This document shows positions 39,201 through 51,200 of a stretch of 64,000 nucleotides of DNA, in pieces (position 1 is the stretch's first letter; every line of letters starts with the position of its first letter). The notes below the pieces were generated by a model that saw only the letters and a list, made by a program, of their open reading frames with translations, made no database searches and was not told the origin of the DNA. The position numbers were made by a program, and so were the translations under genes. This DNA is from Convolutriloba macropyga (taxonomy: Eukaryota): assembly GCF_964194025.1 (NCBI RefSeq), contig NC_134474.1, forward strand, positions 21,638,001 to 21,702,000, read 5' to 3'.

Positions 39201-42200
39201 CATTCAGCACTGAAAACAGTTTTCTCGCAACCATTAACCGCAATTCTTATGATTGTAAATTCAAAGGCTGTCCAATATTGGAGAATCATCTAATCAGGCA
39301 TTCAGAGTCTCCAAAATCTGAGAACCCTTTGACGAGGCATTCAATGGCTTTCCAATACTGGATTAGCTTCTAATCAGGCATTCAAAAACTGTAAGATATC
39401 CAAGAATCTTTCATCCAGGTATACAAAAAATTCTCCAAATCTGAGAATGTTTTGGTTAGGCATTCCACGGTTGTCCGATATCTGAGAATCTTTTAATTGG
39501 GAATGCAAAGGCTGTCCAATATTAGAGAGTTTTTTAGTGAGGCGTTCAGAGGCAGTCCGATATCGAAAAAATTTCTAATCAGGCGTTCACGAGCTTTGCA
39601 ATATTGAAAAACCCCTTGATCAGTTATTGAAAGGCTGTCCATTACCGGTAAACTATTTAATCAGGTATTCAAAGGCTGTCAAATATAGGATAATCAGCTA
39701 ACCAGGCATTCAAATGCTGTCCAGTATCGGAAAACTTTTTGATCAGGCATTTAAAGGCTGTCCAAGTTCGGAGAACTTTCTATCTGATCATTCTAAGTCT
39801 GTCAAAAATTGCAAAAATAATTTTTGACAAGCATTCAAAGGCTGTCCGATGTCGGAGAGTATTCTAAACAGGCATTCAAAAGGCTCTCCATAACTGCAGA
39901 ATCTATTAATCAGTCATTGAAAGGCTGTCCAATATCGGAGAACCTCTTAATCAGGCATTCAAATTCTTCCCAATGTCAGAGAACCTTCTAATCGATCAAT
40001 TTAAGTCTGTCCAGTATTGGAAAATTTTCTAATCAGGCATTCAAACGCCGCCCAATATCGGAGAAGTTTCAAATTGATCATTCTAAAGCTGTCCAAAATT
40101 GGACTTTTATTTTCACCGCTTAACCAGTGAAAGAAAAATTCATCAATACCAGCAGGAAGCTGTGAAACTAAAAGTATCTAAAAAAAATCTTACAAATCGC
40201 AAATCTTACAAAAATACTCGGCAAAACAATTTACAGTGAAATTGATATTTTTTAACGCTTTTACCGCATTCAGCACTGAAAACCGTTTTCTCGCAACCAT
40301 TAACCGCAATTCTTATGATTGTAAATTCAAAGGCTGTCCAATATTGGAGAATCATCTAATCAGGCATTCAGAGTTTCCAAAATCTGAGAACCCTTTGACG
40401 AGGCATTCAATGGCTGTCCAATACTGGATTAGCTTCTAATTAGGCATTCAAAAGCTGTAAGATATCCAAGAATCTTTCATCCAGGTATACGAAAAATTCT
40501 CCAAATCTGAGAATGTTTTGGTTAGGCATTCCACGGTTGTCCGATATCTGAGAATCTTTTAATTGGGAATGTAAAACCTGTCCAATGATCAGAGAAAATT
40601 AAGCAATCGAATTTGTCGAAAATCTGAGAATCTTTTAATCAGGTATTCAAAGGCTGTCCAATATTAGAGAGTTTTTTAGTGAGGCGTTCAGAGGCAGTCC
40701 GATATCGAAAAAATTTCTAATCAGGCGTTCATGAGCTTTGCGATATTGAAAAACCCCTTGATCAGGTATTGAAAGGCTGTCCATTACCGGTAAACTATTT
40801 AATCAGGTATTCAAAGGCTGTCAAGTATAGGAGAATCTGCTAACCAGGCACTCAAATCCTGTCCAGTATCGGAAAACTTTTTGATCAGGCATTCAAAGGC
40901 TGTCCAAGTTCGGAGAACTTTCTAACTGATCATTCTAAGTCTGTCAAAAATTGCAAAAAAATTTAATTTTCGACAAGCATTCAAAGGCTGTCCGACGTCG
41001 GAAAGTACTCTAACCAGGCAGTCAAAAGGCTCTCCATAACTGCAGAATCTATTAATCAGTCATTGAAAGGCTGTCCAATATCGGAGAACCTCCTAATCAG
41101 GCATTCAAATGCTTCCCAATGTCAGAGAACCTTCTAATTGATCATTCTAAGTCTGTCCAGTATTGGAAAATTTTCTAATCAGGCATTCAAACGCCGCCCA
41201 ATATCGGAGAAACTTCAAATTGATCATTCTAAAGCTGTCCAATTCTTATAATTGTAAATTCAAAGGCTCTCCAATATTGGAGAATCTTCTAATCAGGCAT
41301 TCAAAGTCTCCAAAATCTGAGAACTCTTTGACGAGGCATTCAATGGCTGTCCAATACTGGATAAGCTTCTAATCAGGCATTCAAAGGCTGTACGATATCC
41401 AAAAATCTTTCACTCAGGTATACGAAAAGTTCTCCGAATCTGAGAATGTTTTGGTTAGGCATTCCACGGTTGTCCGATATCTGAGAATCTTTTAATTGGG
41501 AATGCAAAACTTGTCCAATGATCAGATAAAATCAGGCAATGGAATCTGTCGAAAATCTGAGAATCTTTTAATCAGGTATTCAAAAGCTGTCCAATATTAG
41601 AGAGTTTTTTGGTGAGGCGTTCAGAGGCAGTCCGATATCGAAAAAATTTCTAATCAGGCGTTCATGAGCTTTGCGATATTGAAAAACCCCTTGATCAGGT
41701 ATTGAAAGGCTGTCCATTACCGGTAAACTATTTAATCAGGTATTCAAAGGCTGTCAAATATAGGAGAATCTGCTAACAAGGCACTCAAATCCTGTCCAGT
41801 ATCGGAAAACTTTTTGATCAGGCATTCAAAGGCTGTCCAATATCGGAGAACCTCCTAATCAGGCATTCAAATGCTTCCCAATGTCAGAGAACCTTCTAAT
41901 CGATCAATTTAAGTCTGTCCAGTATTGGAAAATTTTCTAATCAGGCATTCAAACGCCGCCCAATATCGGAGAAGTTTCAAATTGATCATTCTAAAGCTGT
42001 CCAAAATTGGACTTTTATTTTCACCGCTTAACCAGTGAAAGAAAAATTCATCAATACCAGCAGGAAGCTGTGAAACTAAAAGTATCTAAAAAAATCTTAC
42101 AAATCGCAAATTTTACAAAAATACTCGGCAAAACAATTTACAGTGAAATTGATACTTTTTAACGCTTTTACCGCATTCAGCACTGAAAACCGTTTTCTGG

Positions 42201-45200
42201 CAACCCTTCACAGCAATTCTTATGATTGTAAATTCAAAGGCTGTCAAATATTGGAGAATCTTCTAATAAGGCATTCAAAGTCTCTAAAATCTGAGAATCT
42301 TTTGACGAGGCATTCAATGGCTGTCCAATACTGAATAAGCTTCTAATTAGGCATTCAAAAGCTGTAAGATATCCAAGAATCTTTCATCCAGGTATACGAA
42401 AAATTCTCCAAATCTGAGAATGTTTTGGTTAGGCATTCCACGGTTGTCCGATATCTGAGAATCTTTTAATTGGGAATGCAAAACCTGTCCAATGATCAGA
42501 GAAAATCAAGCAATCGAATTTGTCGAAAATCTGAGAATCTTTTAATCAGGTATTCAAAGGCTGTCCAATATTAGAGAGTTTTTTAGTGAGGGGTTCAGAG
42601 GCAGTCCGATATCGAAAAAATTTCTAATCAGGCGTTCATGAGCTTTGCGATATTGAAAAACCCCTTGATCAGGTATTGAAAGGCTGTCCATTACCGGTAA
42701 ACTATTTAATTAGGTATTCAAAGGCTGTCAAATATAGGAGAATCTGCCAACCAGGCACTCAAATGCTGTCCAGTATCGGAAAATTTTTTGATCGGGCATC
42801 CAAGGGCTGTCCAAATTCGGAAAACCTTCTAACTGATCATTCTAAGTCTGTCAAAAATTGCAAAAAAATTTTTGACAAGCATTCAAAGGCTGTCCGATGT
42901 CGGAGAGTATTCTAACAAGGCATTCAAAAGGCTCTGCATAACTGCAGAATCTATTAATCAGTCATTGAAAGGCTGTCCAATATCGGAGAACCTCCTAATC
43001 AGGCATTCAAACGCTTCCCAATGTCAGAGAACCTTCTAATTGATAATTCTAAGTCTGTCCAGTATTTGAAAGTTTCCTAATCAGGCATTCAAACGCCGCC
43101 CAATATCGGAAAAGCTTCAAATTGATCATTCTAAAGCTGTCCAAAACTGGACTTTTACTTTCACCGCTTAACCAGTGAAAGAAAAGTTCATCGATACCAG
43201 CAGGAAGCTGTGAAACTAAATGTATCTTACAAATCTTACAAATCGCAAATCTTACAAAAATACACGGCAAAACAAATTACAGTCAAATTGATATTTTTAA
43301 ACGCTTTTACCGCATTCAGCACTGAAAAGCGTTTTCTCGCGACCATTCACCGCAATTCTTATGATTGTAAATTCAAAGGCAGTTCAATATTGGACAATCT
43401 TCTAATCAGGCATTCAAAGTCTCGAAAATCAGAGAATCCTTTGACGAGGCATTCAAGGGCTGTCCAATATTGGACAAGCTTCTAATCAGGCATTCAAAGG
43501 CTGTACGATATGCAAGAATCTTTCATTAAGGTATACGAAAAGTTCTCAAAAAACTGAGAACGTTTTGGTTAGGTATTCCACGGTTGTCCGATATCTGAGA
43601 ATCTTTTAATTGGGAATGCAAAACCTGTCCAATGATCAGAGAAAATCAAGCAATCGAATTTGTCGAAAATCTGAGAATCTTTTAATCAGGTATTCAAAGG
43701 CTGTCCAATATTAGAGAGTTTTTTAGTGAGGCGTTCAGAGGTCGTCCGATATCGAAAAAATTTCTAATCAGGCGTTCATGAGCTTTGCGATATTGAAAAA
43801 CCCCTTGATCAGGTATTGAAAGGCTGTCCATTACCGGTAAACTAATTAATCAGGTATTCAAAGGCTGTCAAATATAGAAGAATCTGCTAACCAGGCACTC
43901 AAATGCTGTCCTGTATCGGAAAATTTATTGATCGGGCATCCAAAGGCTGTTCAAGTTCGGAGAACCTTCTAACTGATCATCCTAAGTCTGTCAAAAATTG
44001 CAAAAAAACTTTTGACAAGCATTCAAAGGCTGTCCGAAGTCGGAGAGTATTCTAACCAGGCATTCAAATGGCTCTCCATAACTGCAGAATCTATTAATTA
44101 GTCATTGAAAGGCTGTCTAATATCGGAGAACCTCCTAATCAGGAATTCAAATGCCTCCCATTGTCAGAAAACCTTCTAATCAGTCATTCTAAGTCTGTCC
44201 AGTATTGGAAAATTTCGTAATCAGGCATTCAAACGCCGCCCAATATCGGAGAAGCTTCAAATTGATCATTCTAAAGCTGTCCAAAATTGAACTTTTATTT
44301 TCACCGCTTAACCAGTGAAAGAAAAATTCATCGATACCAGCAGGAAGCTGTGAAACTAAAAGTATCTTACAAAATTTACAAATCGCAAATCTTACAAAAA
44401 TACACGGCAAAACAATTTACAGTGAAATAGATACTTTTTAACGCTTTTACCGCATTCAGCACTGAAAACCGTTTTCTCGCACCCTTTCACCGCAATTTTT
44501 ATGATTGTAAATTCAAAGGCTGTCCAAAATCGGAAAATCTTCTAATCAGGCATTCAAAGTCTCCAAAATCTGAGAACCCTTTGACGAGGCATTCAATGGC
44601 TGTTCAATACTGGATAAGCTTCTAATCAGGCATTCAAAGGCTGTACGATATCCAAGAATCTTTCACTCAGGTATACGAAAAGTTCTCCGAATCTGAGAAT
44701 GTTTTGGTTAGGCATTCCACGGTTGTCCGATATCTGAGAATCTTTTAAATGGGAATGCAAAACCTGTCCAATGATCGGATAAAATCAGGCAATCGAATCT
44801 GTCGAAAATCTGAGAATCTTTTAATCAGGTATTCAAAGGCTGTCAAATATAGGAGAATCTGCTAACAAGGCACTCAAATCCTGTCCAGTATCGGAAAACT
44901 TTTTTACCAGGCGTTCGAAGGCTGTCGAATTTCGGAGAACCTTCTAACTGATCTTTCTAAATCCGTCAAAAATTGCAAAAAGGTTTTTGACAAGCATTCA
45001 AAGGCTGTCCGATGTCGGAGAGTATTCTAACCAGGCATTCAAAAGGCTCTCCTTAACTGCAGAATCTATTAATCAGTCATGGAAAGGCTGTCCAACATCG
45101 GAGAACCTCCTATTAAGGCATTCAAATGCTTCCCAATGTCAGAGAACCTTCTAATCGATCATTCTAAGGCTGTTCAATATTGAAAACTTCCTAATCACGC

Positions 45201-45260
45201 TTTCAAATGCCGCCCAATATCGGAGAAGCTTCAAATTGATCATTCTAAAGCTGTCCAAAA
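36001..45260. repeat. ~1.14-kb higher-order repeat = partial MITE (~210 bp) + ~22 monomers; 9 tandem copies, 2 more at ~51040 and ~52530
   Basis: ttttcaccgcttaaccagtgaaa anchor at ~36011, 36937, 37912, 39050, 40114, (deleted at ~41240), 42022, 43162, 44302, 51050, 52541; spacings 926, 975, 1138, 1064, 1140, 1140. Confidence 0.93.
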
Positions 45261-48200
45261 TTGGAAAATCTTCTAATCAGATTTTCAAAGGCTCTTTAAT
45301 ATCGATGAGCCTAATTCTCGATCTTTCTATGGCTGTCCAATATCACAGAATGTTTTTTAAAAGCATTCAAAGGCTCTCCGATATTGGAGATTATTCTAGA
45401 CAGGCATTCGCAAGGTTGTCCACAACTGCAAAATATTTTAATCAGTCAATGAATGGCCGACCGATATTGAAGTACCTTCTAATCAATCACTCTAAGGCTG
45501 TCCAATATCGGAAAATCTCCTAATCAGGCATTCAAATGCTGCCCAATGTCATAGAATCTTCTAATTGATCACTCTAAGGCTGTCCAATGTGTGCGAATCT
45601 CCTGATCAGGCATTCAAATGCTGTCGTATATCGGAGAGTATTCTAACCAAACATTCAAAAGGCTGTCCATTATTGGAGGACCTTCTAATCGATCATTCTA
45701 AGGCTGGCCAATATGGGAGATTTTTCTAACCAGGCATTCGAAATATTGTCCATAACTGCAGAATTTTTAAATCTGTCATTAAAAGGCTGACCAATATCGG
45801 AAAACCTTCTAATCGATCTTTCTAAGGCTTTCCAATATCATCGGAGAACCTCCTAATCAGGAATTCAAATGCTTCCCAATGTCAGAGAACCTTCTAATCG
45901 ATCATTCTAAGGCTGTCCAATATTGGAAAATTTCCTAATCAGGCATTCAAATGCCGCCCAATATCGGAGAAGCTTCAAATTGATCATTCTAAAGCTGTCC
46001 AAAATTGGAAAATCTTCTAATCAGATTTTCAAAGGCTCTTTAATATCGATGAGCCTGATTCGCGATCTTTCTATGGCTGTCAAATATCACAGAATGTTTT
46101 TTACAAGCATTCAAAGGCTCTCCGATATCGGAGAGTTTTCTAGACAGGCATTCGCAAGGTTGTCCACAACTGCAAAATCTTTTAATCAGTCAATGAATGG
46201 CCGACCGATATCGAAGTACCTTCTAATCAATCACTCTAAGGCTGTCCAATATCGGAAAATCTCCTCCTAATCAGGCATTCAAATGCTGCCCAATATCATA
46301 GAACCTTCTAATTGATCACTCTAAGGCTGTCCAATATGTGCGAATCTCCTAATCAGGCATTCAAATGCTGTCTAATATCGGAGAGTATTCTAACCAAACA
46401 TTCAAAAGGCTGTCCAATATTGGAGAACCTTCTATCTGATCATTCTAAGTCCGTCAAAAATTGCAAAAAAATTTTTGACAAGCATTCAAAGGCTGTCCGA
46501 TGTCGGAGAGTATTCTAACCAGGCATTCAAAAGGCTCTCCTTAACTGCAGAATCTATTAATCAGTCATGGAAAGGCTGTCCAATATCGGAGAACCTTCTA
46601 ATTGATCACTCTAAGGCTGTCCAATATGTGCGAATCTCCTAATCAGGCATTCAAATGCTGTCGTATATCGGAGAGTATTCTAACCAAACATTCAAAAGGC
46701 TGTCCATTATTGGAGGACCTTCTAATCGATCATTCCAAGGCTGGCCAATATGGGAGATTTTTCTAACCAGGCATTCGAAATATTGTCCATAACTGCAGAA
46801 TTTTTAAATCTGTCATTAAAAGGCTGACCAATATCGGAAAACCTTCTAATCGATCTTTCTAAGGCTTTCCAATATCATAGGAGAACCTCCTAATCAGGAA
46901 TTCAAATGCTTCCCAATGTCAGAGAACCTTCTAATCGATCATTCTAAGGCTGTCCAATATTGGAAAATTTCCTAATCAGGCATTCAAATGCCGCCCAATA
47001 TCGGAGAAGTTTCAAATTGATCATTCTAAAGCTGTCCAAAATTGGAAAACCTTCTAATCAGATTTTCAAAGGCTCTTTAATATCGATGAGCCTGATTCGC
47101 GATCTTTCTATGGCTGTCAAATATCACAGAATGTTTTTTACAAGCATTCAAAGGCTCTCCGATATCGGAGAGTTTTCTAGACAGGCATTCGCAAGGTTGT
47201 CCACAACTGCAAAATCTTTTAATCAGTCAATGAATGGCCGACCGATATCGAAGTACCTTCTAATCAATCACTCTAAGGCTGTCCAATATCGGAAAATCTC
47301 CTCCTAATCAGGCATTCAAATGCTGCCCAATATCATAGAACCTTCTAATTGATCACTCTAAGGCTGTCCAATATGTGCGAATCTCCTAATCAGGCATTCA
47401 AATGCTGTCTAATATCGGAGAGTATTCTAACCAAACATTCAAAAGGCTGTCCAATATTGGAGAACCTTCTATCTGATCATTCTAAGTCCGTCAAAAATTG
47501 CAAAAAAATTTTTGACAAGCATTCAAAGGCTGTCCGATGTCGGAGAGTATTCTAACCAGGCATTCAAAAGGCTCTCCTTAACTGCAGAATCTATTAATCA
47601 GTCATGGAAAGGCTGTCCAATATCGGAGAACCTCCTAATCAGGAATTCAAATGCTTCCCAATGTCAGAGAACCTTCTAATCGATCATTTTAAGGCTGTCC
47701 AATATTGGAAAATTTCCTAATCAGGCATTCAAATGCCACCCAATATCGGAGAAGCTTCAAATTGATCATTCTTAAGCTGTCCAAAATTGGAAAATCTTCT
47801 AATCAGATTTTCAAAGGCTCTTTAATATCGATGAGCCTAATTCTCGATCTTTCTATGGCTGTCAAATATCACAGAATGTTTTTTATAAGCATTCAAAAGC
47901 TCTCCGATATCGGAGAGTATTCTAGACAGGCATTCGCAAGGTTGTCCACAACTGCAAAATATTTTAATCAGTCAATGAATGGCCGACCGATATCGAAGTT
48001 CTTTCTAATCAATCACTCTAAGGCTGTCCAATATCGGAAAATCTCCTAATCAGGCATTCAAATGCTGCCCCATAACATTGAACCTTCTAATTGATCACTC
48101 CAAGGCTGTCCAATATGTGCGAATCTCCTAATCAGGCATTCAAATGCTCTCTAATATCGGAGAGTATTCTAACGAAACATTCAAAAGGCTGTCCAATATT

Positions 48201-51200
48201 GGAGGACCTTCTAATCGATCATTCTAAGGCTGGTCAATATCGGAGATTTCTCTAACCAGGAATTCAAAATATTGTCCATAATTGCAGAATTTTTAAATCT
48301 GTCATTAAAAGGCTGACCAATATCGGAGAACCTTCTAATCGATCTTTCTAAGGGTTTCCAATATCATCCGAGAATCTCCTAATCAGGCATTCAAATGCTG
48401 GCTAATTTTAGTTAACCTTCTAATCGATCATTCTAAGGCTGTCCAATATCGGAAACTCTCCTAATCAGGCATTCAAATGCTGCCCAATAACATAGAACTT
48501 TTTAATTGATCACTCTAAGGCTGTCCAATATGTGCGAATCTCCTAATCAGACATTCAAATGCTGTCTAATATCGGAGAGTATTCTAACCAAACATTCAAA
48601 AGGCTTTCCAATATTGGAGGACCTTCTAATCGATCATTCTAAGGCTGGCCAATATGGGAGATTTTTCTAACCAGGCATTCGAAATATTGTCCATAACTGC
48701 AGAATTCTTAAATCTGTCATTAAAAGGCTTACCAATATCGGAAAACCTTCTAATCGATCTTTCTAAGGCTTTCCAATATCATCGGAGAACCTCCTAATCA
48801 GGAATTCAAATGCTTCCCAATGTCAGAGAACCTTCTAATCGATCATTCTAAGGCTGTCCAATATTGGAAAATTTCCTAATCAGGCATTCAAATGCCGCCC
48901 AATATCGGAGAAGCTTCAAATTGATCATTCTAAAGCTGTCCAAAATTGGAAAATCTTCTAATCAGATTTTCAAAGGCTCTTTAATATCGATGAGCCTAAT
49001 TCTCGATCTTTCTATGGCTGTCAAATATCACAGAATGTTTTTTATAAGCATTCAAAAGCTCTCCGATATCGGAGAGTATTCTAGACAGGCATTCGCAAGG
49101 TTGTCCACAATTGCAAAATCTTTTAATCAGTCAATGAATGGCCGACCGATATCGAAGTACCTTCTAATCAATCACTCTAAGGCTGTCCAATATCGGAAAG
49201 TCTCCTAATCAGGCATTCAAATGCTGCCCAATATCATAGAACCTTCTAATTGATCACTCTAAGGCTGTCCAATATGTGCGAATCTCCTAATCAGGCATTC
49301 AAATGCTGTCTAATATCGGAGAGTATTCTAACCAAACATTCAAAAGGCTGTCCAATATTGGAGAACCTTCTATCTGATCATTCTAAGTCCGTCAAAAATT
49401 GCAAAAAAATTTTTGACAAGCATTCAAAGGCTGTCCGATGTCGGAGAGTATTCTAACCAGGCATTAAAAAGGCTCTCCTTAACTGCAGAATCTATTAATC
49501 AGTCATGGAAAGGCTGTCCAATATCGGAGAACCTCCTAATCAGGAATTCAAAAGCTTCCCAATGTCAGAGAACCTTCTAATCGATCATTTTAAGGCTGTC
49601 CAATATTGGAAAATCTTCTAATCAGATTTTCAAAGGCTCTTTAATATCGATGAGCCTAATTCTTGATCTTTCTATGGCTGTCAAATATCACAGAATGTTT
49701 TTTATAAGCATTCAAAGGCTCTCCGATATCGGAGAGTATTCTAGACAGGCATTCGCAAGGTTGTCCACAATGAATGGCCAACCGATATCGAAGTTCTTTC
49801 TAATCAATCACTCTAAGGCTGTCCAATATCGGAAAATCTCCTAATCAGGCATTCAAATGCTGCCCAATAATATAGAACCTTCTAATTGATCACTCTAAGG
49901 CTGTCCAATTCCAATATATGAGAATCTCCTAATCAGGCATTCAAATGCTGTCTAATGTCGGAGAGTATTCTAAACAAACATTCAAAAGGCTGTCCGATAT
50001 TGGAGGACCTTCTAATCAATCATTCTAAGGCTGGTCAACATCGGAGATTTTTCTAACCAGGAATTCAAAATATTGTCCATAATTGCAGAATTTTTAAATC
50101 TGTCATTAAAAGGCTGACCAATATCGGAGAACATTCTAATCGATCTTTCTACGGGTTTCCAATATCATCCGAGAATCTCCTAATCAGGCATTCAAATGCT
50201 GGCTAATTTTATTTAACCTTCTAATCGATCATTCTAAGGCTGTCCAATATCGGAAAATCTCCTAATCAGGCATTCAAATGCTGCCCAATAACATGGAACT
50301 TTTTAATTGATCACTCTAAGGCTGTCCAATATGTGCGAATCTCCTAATCAGGCATTCAAATGCTGTCTAATATCGGAGAGTATTCTAACCAAACATTCAA
50401 AAGGCTGTCCTATATTGGAGGACCTTCTAATTGATCATTCTAAGGCTGGGCAATATCGAAGATTTTTCTAACCAGGCATTCGAAATATTGTCCATAACCG
50501 CAGAGTTTTTAAATCTGTCATTAAAAGGCTGACCAATATCGGAGAACCTTCTAATCGATCTTTCTAAGGCTTTCCAATATCATCGGAGAATCTCCTAATC
50601 AGGCTTTCAAATGCTGGCCAATATTATAGAATCTTCTAATCGATCATTCGAAGGCTGTCCAATATCGGAGATTGTTTGCAAGGGCATTCAAAGGCTGTCC
50701 AAGTTCGGAGAACCTTCTAACTGATCATTCCAAGTCTGTCAAAAATTGCAAAAAAAATTTCGACAAGCATTCAAAGGCTGTCCGATGTCGGAAACAATTC
50801 TAACCAGGCATTCAAAAGGCTCTCCATAACTGCAGAATCTATTAATCAGTCATTGAAAGGCTGTCCCATATCGGAGAACCTCCTAATCAGGCATTCAAAT
50901 GCTTCCCAATGTCAGAGAACCTTCTAATCGATCTTTCTAAGTCTGTCCACTATTGGAAAATTTCCTAATCAGGCATTCAAATGCCGCCCAATATCGGAGA
51001 AGCTTCAAATTGATCATTCTAAAGCTGTCCAAAATTGGACTTTTATTTTCACCGCTTAACCAGTGAAAGAAAAATTCATCGACACCAGCAGGAAGCTGTG
51101 AAAATCTTACAAATTGCAAACCTTACAAAAATACACGGCAAAACAATTTACAGTGAAATTGATATTTTTAACGCTTTTACCGCATTCAGCACTGAAAACC

